From Vicugna vicugna (taxonomy: Eukaryota), in contig MU058531.1 of assembly GCA_013265495.1 (NCBI GenBank), positions 2,170,911 through 2,234,910 on the forward strand: DNA of 64,000 nt. The letters run 5' to 3'. Made by a program: the position numbers and the translations under genes. Numbering within the stretch: the first letter of the stretch is position 1; each line of letters starts with the position of its first letter. Under the pieces are notes generated by a model, which saw nothing but the letters and a program-made list of their open reading frames with translations, did no database searches and was not told the origin of the DNA. Shown here piece after piece: positions 23,601 through 36,300 of the stretch.

Positions 23601-26600
23601 TGGTTTTCATTTTACTTACAAGTATTGCATTCATTCCTGATGCAATGCCATAGCTCAAACCTGAGAGGCGTGCTGCATATGTATACTCTTTTAAATCATC
23701 CTTCAATAACCTGATAAACAGGTATGTCATGTTGCAATGGAGAGGATCAGCATAAATGTAGCGACTAACAAAAAGAAAAACAAAAGAAATGCTTTGATAC
23801 CTCAAGCAGTGACATGGTAATGAAGAAACATGACCGAAGAGTATGGATATGCAGCCTCATGATCTGAATTTCTAGGGAAACAATATAGGCCAGCTTAATG
23901 TTTTACAATGGCAGGAAGACTTCATTCTCTGTTGTCAAAGACCAAGGCTTCAGATACAGAATGGGTGAGAGCTAAACCTAAATCAGGGTCCAATTTTGTT
24001 TGAGGAGAAAAATATGACAATCTGATGAAAGATGTTTAAAAAAAAAGAAATCAAGGAAAATTTGCATAATATGAATGGATATTGCTGAATACTCAGAGTA
24101 AGAGCTAACTTAAAAATTAAATGATGAGAAAATATGATTAGCCACAAAGATTAAAAAAAAGAAATTAAACTCATACCCTCAATCAAAAATGCTTCCATCA
24201 AATCAATATAAAAAATGTTGATGAGTGGAAGGCTCTAAGACATGGGTACTTACATACATCCCATAGATGGTATTTTGGAGGTCATAGCTCAAGCCTGCTA
24301 GCTCTGCTGCATATGCATACTCGTTGAGTGAGTCTTTGAGGAGCTCAAGGTACAAATAGGCCATGTTACAGTGCAAGGGGTCCACATAAGCAAATGGGCT
24401 GGAAGAAAATGTTGACAGTAAAATAGCTGATTTATTACTTCCCAATGTGATGTGGCCTTTCAAGATGAATCAAGGAACTGAACACCAGTTAATATAATTT
24501 CCTGAAGATACACTTTGAATTCTTGAATCTGTCTCTTCTCATGAGGGAAAAACAAGATATCTAAAGAAGAGGCCTGAAATATACCACGTGTGCTGGTGTT
24601 GGTAAAGAGAAAGAAGGAATTGCTTACCCCAGATGGTGTAGCAGAACTGACAAGTCAGAAACGCAGGAGGAGGTAAGGAGGGGGAATGGGACAAAATGCA
24701 TGCCTACATTTAGGCTGATATGAGAAGGCATGGCTGACAGAGCTAATACAGCATCTGCATGTCCTCCTTCTCCCTCTAAGCAAGCCACACTCTTGGTGGA
24801 CAGGAGCATGAGTTTGAGAAGTTTGTGTGCTAGGATTGTATGAATTTGAAAGAGAAAAACTGAGACCCATGAAAATGTTAGCTTATCTCTGAGTCCCCCA
24901 CCAAACCAACAGACTAGAACACTGTCAGTAATTAATAATTTCTACCATATAACTGCAGCCAGAACTAGGAAAAAATATAAAAATAGGAAAATGTTTAAGC
25001 GAAAAAGAACAAAAGAGAGGAAACAATTATACTGAGAGAGCTAAACAGGGCAGCAGAGATCACCTAATTTAAATCTTCATTTCCCAAATAAGAAACACCA
25101 TTTTCCTCATGTCACCTGGGTGGTGGCAGTTGAGTTAGGATTCAAATTTAAGTCAAATGACCTATGGATTTGGCTATGTGACACTGCTTACCTTTATGAG
25201 AAGCAAGCAAAAGATTCATTCATTCAGCAAATAAATACATTACTACAGTGCTAGGCAATTCTCTAGGTATCAGGAATAAAGAAGAAACAAATCAGGCAGA
25301 GTACCTAACTTCAGAGTTTACAGTCTAGTTGGAGAAGACAAATAATAAATTTAAATATGATACATCAGGGGGTGATACTGTTATGGACTAAAATTAAACA
25401 GGGTAAGAGGAATAGGAGTGATGGGTAGTGGTGGTGAGACAGGAAGATTTCTAATTTATAAAATTGTTATTCAAGGCCCCTCTGATAAGGTGACATCCGG
25501 GCCCAGACCTGAAGGAAGCCAAGGAGCAGGCGCTGGGGATATCTGGGTGGAGAAATTTCCAGGCTGAGGAAACAGCTAGCACAAAGGTCCTAAGGCAGGC
25601 GCCTGGCTTGGTTTGTCTGACAGCAAATTCAAAGTTTCATTCTATCTAAAGCATAGTAAATATAACCAATGTACTCAGAGCAAAGCCAACAATTCCAACA
25701 AAAACTGATAGTGAAGTAAAAATAGGGGCAAAATACTTAGCCCCAGAGAATTAAAATCAAAGAGAAAATTCTACAGCTACACAAACATTCTCCACCTAGA
25801 AAATCTAAATGAATATACTCTGTCATTTAATTTTTTAAGTATTATGCATGATGACAGACTTCCTTCTTTAGGCAAATAGCTCAGAAACTTACTGGCACAA
25901 CTTGCAAAAGCAAAATCATCAAAACAAGAGTCCTTGAAAGGGTTCAGCCCCACAGGCACCTTTAGGTGGAATTGAAAAGCCAGATCAGGAAGCTCAAAGC
26001 CACAAGGCTCAAGCTCAGAGTGCAATCCCAAGAGGTGTCCTAAAAAGCTGCATCCATAGCAGTTGTGCTGGTGAGTTGGCGAGGGTCCTAAACTAACTCT
26101 TAAAAGAACAATTCACGTGGAATGCTTGGTTCACTTGTTCATTTAAAACATATTATTTTGTAATCAGATGTTATATGCTCAATATGGATCACAGAGTTTT
26201 AAAACTTTAAGTATGCATAATATAATCCTATTTCTGAAAAGATTAAAAGGATATATACAAACAGAACATTTCTATAGGACTGTACAAGAAACCTAACAGT
26301 GTTTACCTCTAGGGAGACCAGAACACAGAGAGGGGGATTGGTGGGAAGCAGACATTTTTAATTCTAAGAACTATGCTAGGCAGATTAGAGAATGCAAAAA
26401 TGTCAAATGGTCTCTCAAAGGGTCTTCTGAAGCCAAGCATAGGACCCAAAAGGGAAAGTGTGATAAGTTGCTTAGAGTGTTAAAAATATCACTCTGAACT
26501 ATGAAAAAATAAAACCAGCTCTGTAATGCTCTCTACCAACAATAAGCCATAATCAGAAAGCTCATGTTTGATGTTTTTTTGAAAAAAAGAAATCTCAGCA

Positions 26601-29600
26601 TAGCTCTAGATAATTTATGAATCTCATGCTATAAAACACAATGTTTACATCCCTACAATCTCAACATACTTTCTACTTAGAGGTTCTTTTTCCCTTTTCC
26701 AAAACATGTAAAACACATCTAGCTTTAATTTCATGTCAAGCAAATCAAACAAAAATCAATGAAAAAGCTGATCATACTGAACATTATTAAATGATAGGTT
26801 TATTTTATAAGCATTCTAGTAAATTTTAGAAACATAAAATTATAGAGCACAAATTCAAACTAAAATTTGAATTGGGTGACATGCTTTATCACACAAATAC
26901 ATAGAAGTAGACAGAGATGAACTGAAGATTAATTTGAGAAATCATTGCAACAGTAGTATTATTCATAAATTTTACTGAACATCTTCTTCTTTTTTATTAA
27001 ATCCCTTTAAGCAACCAAGCCAGGAATAGGGAAAGCAGTATCTAAAGGCCCCAGACAATTAAATGGCTGGAAGGGACTCAAGATCATTTAGTAACTACTA
27101 CCTCTTCTTCTGGGCAAGTTCCAGGAATACAAAATGAAAATCATAACAACAAAAAAAACCACCTTGAATTATTTAATCTTTCTTCAGTGAAAATTCTGGT
27201 GAGTCTATAGTCTCCCTAGATTCCAAAAGCCTGAAGTTTAGAAAGGTCCCCCTAATAGCTAACATAAATTATTTCAGTTAAAGGGTGTATGTATCAACGG
27301 AAAGGGAAAATTAACCTTGGTTCTTACAACAGGAGCAGCCTTCCCTTGTCTAGGCTAAATAATTCCTTTTATTTCCAGACATAGATCCTTAAGGAGGCAA
27401 AGAAAACTTTAGAAACGTAATTATTACTTCTCATAGGAAGTCTTGTAGCTAGATCCATTTTACATACCTGAAAAATTCAAAGTTGAGACAGGCCTTGGGC
27501 AAGAAAAACTTATCATCTTGTTTGAACCAGAGTTTGCTCATAGCTGTATCCTGTGATGGAGAAAACAATTTGGTTAGGGAAATATGGACCCATTCGGCAA
27601 AAATGTTCAATCAAATCTTAAAGAGGAGGAGGAGAACAGAGGCAATAGTTGAGTTTTGTTCTGAGAGGCTGCTGTCCCATGGCCTTGAAGCATACTCAGA
27701 GGGTCAGCTAGTGGGAAACTAGAGAGAAGACTGGTGATTCCAGAAGTAGAGAGATATCACCCTTTTATCCCCACTCTGGGTTAAAGAGATGAGGACACAG
27801 TGGAGAAAGAGACAGGAGAAGCCAACACCAACTGTCCTGTCCCTCTCTTTTTGGACACTGGGAGGCAGATGCAGGAGTCCTTGATGGGTGGGTGAGTGGC
27901 AGCCAGCCTCCAAGGTGGGCCGCATGGATCCCTGTCTGCTGGAATTCACACACTTGTGTGGTCCTCTTTCCTGCACTGGGCCAAGGATGGTCTGTCTGAC
28001 CAACAGAACATGGCAGAAGTGATGGCATAATACTTCTGAGATTAGATTACAAAAGACAATCACGGCTTCCATCTTGATCACTCACTTTCCCTCTTGGGAT
28101 CACACACTTTGGGGGAAGCCAGTTCCATGTCAAACAAATCTATGAAGAGGCCCATGTAGTGAACTAAGGTCTGCCCAAAACCACACAATTAAACTCGGAA
28201 GAGAACCCTCCAGGCCTAGTTGAGCCTTCGGAGGACCAAAGCCCCAGCCAACAGCTTGACTATAACACCATGAGAAACCCTGAGCCAGAACTACCCAAAG
28301 TGAGCCACTTTCAGATTCCTGACCCTTGGAAACTGTATGAGATAAAATAAACGTTTGTGGTTTTAAGTTGCTGACTTTTGGAGTAATTTGTTACACAGCA
28401 ATGGATAACTAACACAGCCAAGGAGGAACAAATAAGCCACTCCCTTGAATCTCCACATCACTCATTCACACTACATTTTTAAAAGTCCACTTGAAACTAC
28501 CTTGAAACTCTGACAAGAGGTATAACTGGTTTAACGTTCTCCCTAGTTTACTCTGAGGCAGCCTATTTAAAACAAACAACAAAGTGGGGAGGGTGTAGCT
28601 CGGTGGGGAGGGTGTAGCTCGGTGGTAGAGTGTGTGCCTAGCATGCACGAGGTCCTGAGTTCAATCCTCAGTATTGCTATTAAAAATAAACAAACAAACT
28701 TGATTACCTACCCCCACCAAAAAAAAAAAAAGAGAAGTAAAAAAGCTTTCTCTTTGAATAACCTAAACTGTAACTCTTTAAAATGCCATTTTTAAAGAAA
28801 AATGGTCGTCTCATTAATAATCTAGTTGCTTGAGATAAACTAAATTTCATATTCCTAACATTGATTCTTGTCTCACTGAGTTAATCTGAATGTTGTCATC
28901 TGAAGAAAAGAAAAAGAAATACGTTTGTCTATGGTGGTGAGTTTAGAAAGAGCTGGTTTTAAAGTTTAGAAAAGAAGATGTATTGTACTAATTTGATCCA
29001 TTTTTCTACACAATTTACCCAAGGTGTGAAATAATGACATGAAAAGAGAATTCTGGAAAAGAAAAATGTAACTCCTCTCTCAATCATCCTTCCCACTAGC
29101 TTATAACTCTATTAACTTTATACAATCACTGTCAAAATGGAATTGTTTTTAAGGGAAGGAAATCCAACAGTTTTCCTTGGATATGCTCTCTTCCAAGCTT
29201 TAGAGATTCTCTTTTATCTCTACTTTCATGATGCAGCATAAATCTACTTTCTTACTGGGTCTTCGGTGCACTAGAAAATAGGACACTATCTTTCAAATTT
29301 TGTGGTTCTGGTCCAGACTTGCTATCTTTTTCTTTGAAAAGAAAACAATTCTCTAGAGTTTATGTTGTTTAGTAGTTCCGTTTATTTGTTTGCTTTAACA
29401 TCTTTAGCTTTTTAAATATTTCTTATATTCTCTCTACAACTTTTCTATTATCTCTAGGGTGTGAGTCCCCCAAATCAACATAGTATCAAATGCGAGAGAC
29501 CATCTCTCTAGTCCCTCCCATGTAATAGGTCTGTCCTGTAAATTTAGTATCACTGATTCTAACATGTTACCTTAATGAGAGAAGGGTATGGTGTCGCATC

Positions 29601-32600
29601 TTTTTCTAATGATAAAATCTCAAAGTCTGTAGGAATAAATTCATTCTTCGTTGGAAGCTTAAATTTCCCATTCAGGTCAGCATTTTGCCATTTCTGGATG
29701 AATAATAAAACACACACACACAAAAGCCGTTAGAATCTGATTCAAGCATTTAAAAGGGTCATTTTGCTTAATAATTCAGGCCAATGTTAAAGGGATAAAT
29801 GTCACACAGCATTCTTTTCCATCATATATAAAGAGGCTACTCCCAAGATCTATTGATGACTTTACAAGAAACTTGAGTTGGAGTCCCTGGTACCAATCCA
29901 GGTTTTTTGTTTATCTATCTTTCCTCTTTACTCATCTCTAAAATGACCAGCTGAGGCGAAGGAACAATCTGAGACTGTGGAACACTAAGAGGCTAAGTGG
30001 TCCGTGTGAAGATCATGTTTGCTCTAGTTCTTTAAATGCAGAATAATCTGCACAGATATATACTCGCACAACAGCTAGACAAGAGGTCATTTATATAAGG
30101 GTTAAACTTTTGGCTGCACTAAGTTTCTTGCATGTATGGCTTGAAAACTAGGTTAAAGGGCGCTTCTTTCACTTCAGCACTTCAAAAGGCCTGGCCCACT
30201 CTTCTCCCAGATGACCATGTGAACTTTCAAGTGAAGCCTTATGTTGACAAAAAGAGCAATGATACATTAAGGAATAAAACATAGCCCCTCCTAAAGTGGA
30301 GACAGTATACATCCCAGAAACTGCCCCCTGCCTGTGTTCAAAGCCTGACTGTGAGCTCACAGAAGCCCTTGCATCTGTCTTCCATGCTCTCCACTTTCAC
30401 CTCTTCCTGCCAGCCTTAGTGCCTTTGTGTCCCTGACTACTTTGGACTTCAACGATTTTTGACCGCTTCAGGCTGGGAGTCTGCTTTATAGCCCTGCTGG
30501 GCTGACAGACACATGAGAAGCTGGCTGCCATGCCATTTCTTCATGCAAAACCTAAGCCCCAGCTCTCCACCTCCCTGTCCACCCTCTCGGGATGTGATGG
30601 TACAGACAGTGCTGAGCCGTCAGTCTCCACAGTCTGGGCTGGGAGTTGGCTGATCTAGGGAGCTCATGTTCCTGTGTGCCCCTCACACGTCAGGCTTACT
30701 TGCAGATAAGGTAACCTTACCTTAATGACTTCATCTGATATAGCCTCTTGTTTGTACTGGGTTCCATACCACTCTTCTGTACGATCAGTTTTTCCTTCAA
30801 AAGATTTGGAAACTATTGCAACCCTAGAGATAGAAGGAAAAAAACAAACAGAAAAAAACCTATAAACTCATATTATATACATAAATTTGTAGAACCTGAC
30901 TCATGAAAATGTGAAGAATATTAAAGAATGAGCTGAGTCTCTAAGACCCAGTAAGCCCTATGAGGCTTAGGCCGAAATGGCAATGTAAATATAGAAGTCT
31001 CTGATCATGGTCTCTGTTATCCTTTGGTAGCCCAACATTTTTGGGGTTAAAAAGTCCTCGCAGGAAAGATTCTTATATGAATGCTATTGACTAAAATGTT
31101 AAGAGTAGCTAGGAAAAAAAAGGAACAAAGTCAGTTGAAAAACAGTCTTTAAAAAAAAGCAAAACAAAGTACTCCTTTCCAGGAACAGCTCAGGCTCAGA
31201 GTTACAAGAATGGCTAAGACAACTTGTTGGCTCATTCAGAGATCAAAAAAATCCAAAACACACTTTTATTATTACTTGCTAAGTCTGTACTTCTTTTTTT
31301 CCTGCCTGAGACAACCATCAGCTGTATGTACACATGTACAGTGGCCTTCCTGCTGCTGAGAAAGGAGACAAGACCAAGAAGAATATCTCTATCTTTCTCT
31401 GATGGAGTAACAAACAGCCCAGAGGAGAAATCAGAAGGGAAAAAAAGCTCAGGGAGGGAAGGCAGAGGTAAAATAATGTCCAAAGATCAAGTAGAGGAGT
31501 AAAAGAAGCTCTGCACCAGTGGAATGCCCGCTCCTGTGGCAGATCATCAGGGACAAGTCTGCCTCTGTTACCTTTTAATGACCAAAGTTGGAATCATTTC
31601 ACTCTGACCAGCAGATTCAACCCCAGGCTGGGACTGACCCTATTTTCAATCTTGTGGATAGAGTTCTAGGCCAATAGTTTGGATGGCTGGATGTAAAGTC
31701 ACTGGTTTCACTTATTCCTCATGTCCCAATTCAAGTAACTAGGTTCATGTCTATTCTTGCTTCTTTTCACCTGTCTTCCCAGAGGTTAGGTTCTAGCCTC
31801 TGAATATTGTCCTCACAGATGAAAGCTCAATACTTGCGATCAAAACTCCCCCTCTACTGAACATTGATTCATTTTCAGAATCCTAATCCCTGTGTCCAAA
31901 CATCTGCCCATGATTGGAGCCCCCAATTTCAGTGCCAGACTATCTGAACTGCCATCTATTTCTTATTTATTCTAGAAAAAATACTCTACCTGGCTACCTG
32001 GACTTGGACTTCTCACTCACTTTAGGGTAGATATGATAAGCAACCTGATTGCCCTGTCTGTTTGTATGACTGACTATTCTTCTAGTTTACAATGTTCCTG
32101 ATCTGGCCTAGCTGCTACTGACCACTACCAGTTCAAGAAAACATGCTATATAGGAATATGTTCCACAGAAACATACAGAGGAATCACAGAGTTTAACAGA
32201 TGGAAGAGTTCTGTTACCATGTCTAGAAGAAGTGATACATGTTGGCAGTCTGAGAATCCCTTACGAGGGATATGTGTACAGTGTACATAGAACTCACATG
32301 GCCAAATAAAGGGTATGTGATGTTTCTTAAGGGAATTCATTCAATACATGACAGAGTCTGCTAAGACTCATTTATAGAAATTGCTTCCATTCCTGTTGAT
32401 TTCTCAAAGAATGAATGGACTGACTCTCAAGGAGACCTCTGAAAACCGTTAGGAAGTGGAATTTCAGGGTAAAGAGGTGGTATTTCCATCTTCTCTTCCA
32501 CAAGATGCTTGATTTTGGAAATGTCTATCACACAGACAGCTTTGGTTTCCCTGAATGACAGCCCATGCATCAGAATAATGAGCAAGGGATTGATTACATT

Positions 32601-33307
32601 TGTGAGGACTAAAGCATTCATTTTGAGGTGGCCTTGCCCGCTGGAACAAGAAAACTTTTTTAAACTCAGTTCTGAGAGAGAAAGTGAAAAAACTCAGGGA
32701 AAGCTGCCAAATGCTCTGGAGGATGACAATGTAACACAGAAAGAAGCAGACCCTGGAGGCTGTCTAGCAATGCTCAGGTTAAAGAAGGGGGGCGAGGGGA
32801 AGAAGAGAAATATGTCAGGTACAGTCCTAAGGGTTTTAGACAGATACCAAAGTAAAGTGTAGGGGTAACGTTTGAAATGTGATCTTAAGGAAGTATATAT
32901 AAAGTAGATAAACATAGTTCCTTACCTGGCAAATTCCAAATACTGGCCTAACAAAAAGAGATACCTTTGCAGACCAAGAGTTTGTGTACCACTGAGGAAT
33001 TCAAAACTGAAATACAATGGAAGAGTATGTATTTTGAAATAAATTATGAAGGGGGAATAACAGAAGAGACAGAGTAGACACATGTCAAACCTGTACAGAA
33101 ATCTACAAACCAGAGTATGGAAGAGCAAGAGCACTTGAATTAGGAGAAAAGAACAGAGAAGTCACAATAATCGAAGTATACCACAGAGAACTGTAGTATA
33201 TTTAACTGCAGACAGTTGGGAAATACTGACACAGGCACTGCAGCATCTTAGATTATCTGCTACAAACCTAATTATGCTAAAAAATAGTCCTGATGAGATT
33301 TTCTTAA

Positions 33308-33340
<33 letters not shown>

Positions 33341-36300
33341 CGTGTGTGCACGCAAGCGGGCAACGCTAGTCTTCAATTCTACCCACAAAAAACCAGCTAC
33401 TGATATGGTACTGATATGATCCTTAGAAATATGAGACAAAATGATCTTTTATTTTCATAATGAAACTTGTAACAGTAAGAAAAGGAAACAGTGGGCTAGA
33501 ATGAATGCTGACTGTTGACCTCAAGTCAGCCATTTAGAAGTATTTAGAGGGAATGAATAGCTGTTGTTACTGATGGGACCCATCCAGAAATAACTCCAAT
33601 TACAGACATTAAAAGGCAATATGGTCCCCAAGGAATAAATTCTCATGAGACCTTCGCAAATAATCCCTGAGAGAGAAATGAAGGAAGACAGCCAAGAATG
33701 AGGAGAGGCTTCATGGGTAACTGTGATGGATTCAAACAGAATTAGTAGAAAGGGCACAGACCTGGCCACCAGAAACTTGGATTCTGGTCAATACCATGAC
33801 TCACTTTTTTTGAGATCCTGCCAAAAATCAAGGTTAAGGCAAGTTCTCTGGGCTTCAGTTTCCCTACATTTTAAGTATGGATTCAAATTAGATGAACTCT
33901 ATCCTTCTACTAATAGAGTTGTACAATACTATATCAAATCATATTTTTAAAAGACACACACAAAAGAAAGAAGGTGTAAAAAAATTTACTGATGAAACTC
34001 AAAATCAAACTTAAAGAATGGCGAAAGGAAGGTCAAAGTGATAAAGAAATTGAGGTTCATGAAGATGTGTTTAAAAAAACATTTTTAAAAAAGTGTTTCA
34101 TAAAGTAAGAAGGAAATAAGAAAAGTTACGCTGACAGTTCATAGAATTCAGTCAACTTTAACTGAGCCCTTACTAGCCTGAATTCTGGGAAAGATAAAAC
34201 ACAGTTCCTACCTGGAAGGAACTCATAATTCAACGGGACACATGAGCTAAAGCAAAATGTGATATGCTGATCCTATGTTAGCAGTTGACAGGACTACTGA
34301 TCATTTCTCTACATTGTCTTTGAAAGAAGCACAAGTTTTTAAACTGCAAAAGTGGACCAAACAACAGGAAAAAGGAGCTGAAGCCCAGGACTGGTGAGTG
34401 AGCCAGTCAGGTAACTCAAATGAACTCACAATTCCAACACAGGTAAGTCACATTCTCTAATGCTTAGGGAACTAACAAATCCCAGTAGGATTATTGCCCA
34501 TCACCTTTCAGAAGTAATGGATGATGGGGGGAAGAGGCAGAAGACTGAAGATGGGCAAATGCTCTAATTTTCAGAAAGGAAAAGGAGTGTAGCCTAAAAA
34601 TCATAAACCAGTGGATTAGCCATTGATCCCTGACAAAATTCTACAGTCAACTGTCAGACTGTCAAACATCTGGATAAGAAGACAGTTATCTCTAGGACCT
34701 ACATGGATTCACCAAGAATAATTCATCCCAAATGAATGGATTGATGACTTAATCAAGGAATGTGACAAAGGACTTTATAGCTGTACTTGTAGGTTTAAAA
34801 TGGTAAAATGGGTACCAGATGATAGGACTGAAGGAGGTGGGTGATGATGATGATAGAGTGGTAACAGAAAAGGTAAAGCAAATCTCGGTATTCAAAAGAA
34901 CTCTCTAACAATTAGGACTGGCAAAAATGGACCTGGCTACCTTGGTATTTAACGAGTCCCCCATCCTTGAAGGAATTTAGGCTGAGCTGGTAACTATTTG
35001 TTAGAGATAACGTAGAAGACACATACTTGACAGAGGTTGGATTAATGAATTTTAAGATTCTTTTCATTCTGAAGGATTTTCCCGTTAACTTTCTTACTTG
35101 GCTGCAATGTTAAACTTGTCTCAGTGGGTATTAAAGAATGTAGTCTTACCCTCGAGCAACCCCAATCTGGCCTGGCAGCTGGCACTATTATCCCAGGCTG
35201 TTCTGCACTACATCACTGATTACAGTTACAATTATACCAGCCAGAGAGCAACCCTATAAAGAAAAAGTGCTTTTTCTTTAAAGGTGAGGGTACAGAGAAA
35301 AAGAGGTTCTCAACTCTAACTGTGTAAGATATTGAATTTAGAAACAGGCAATTTAAACAAAAGTAAAATGTGTGCTCCTGCAAATTCAGTCCTACAAAAT
35401 GTTGCTAGGTCAAATTACTGGATCTAGGGCAGCAAAAATTATACAAACATAATTTTAATCATGATTTTCCTTGCAAAAAAAGTACATCCTTATTGTATGA
35501 TATAATCTTAAATAGCATTACCTCATATTTGTACAACACTGTTCAACTTTGCTAAATCATTTTGCATCAAATAGAAAGAAAAAGTACTGTCACATTTTGC
35601 AGATGGACAAGTTTCAAGTGAATTAAATGAGAGCCAGTGACATTATATAAAGTTAACTTTTTACGTGTCCCCTTTGCAGGATAATGAACTCTGAGGTTTC
35701 ATATTAGTTATTCAATAAACATTGGTCAAAGAAAAAAGTGATCTATCCAAGACAGCATGACTAGTAGGTGACAAAACCACACATAACTAGACACTGAAAG
35801 AAACCTTACAAAAGTGTTTACTGATTTTATGAGTAAGTTTAAAGTTCTTCCCCTCATTTTTAAGAGGAGGTTTTGCTTTTAGAAGGCATATAATAAAATT
35901 CAACAGAATTTAGGTTGATTTTTTTCCCAGAATATATAAACTATATTGAGGAAAATACAAATATTTAAAATGTTTTACTTACCTAAAATGATTTACTGTG
36001 TGTATTTTAATCATGTGAGCAAATGCATAAATTGTCTTATGAACAGAAGTTTTTAACCTTGATAAAGTCTAACGTATCAATGTGTTTTCTTTAATGGCTA
36101 CTGCTTTTTATGTTCAAAAAATCCTTTGCTTATCTCAAGGTTTTAAAGATATTTTCAAACTACATTTTCTTCAAGAAGTTTCCTAGTTTTAGCTTTTATA
36201 CTTGGGTCTATGATCTATCTTAAATTTTTGTGACTGTTGTGAGGTAAAGGTCAAGTTTAATCTTTTTCCATATGGATATGCAACAGGAAGAAGAGCACAA

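Noticed and set aside
23620..23764. Exon 15b interpreted as a pseudo-exon or assembly duplication
   Set aside because: Intact frame, strong splice sites and mostly synonymous or conservative divergence in the core show a maintained alternative exon.
31560..32660. Possible Gypsy/integrase-like fossil (faint HP-QTIGL-like stretch on the minus strand) and overlapping ORFs near 32427-32862
   Set aside because: Needs a frameshift and has no supporting flanking motifs; cannot be supported without a profile search.
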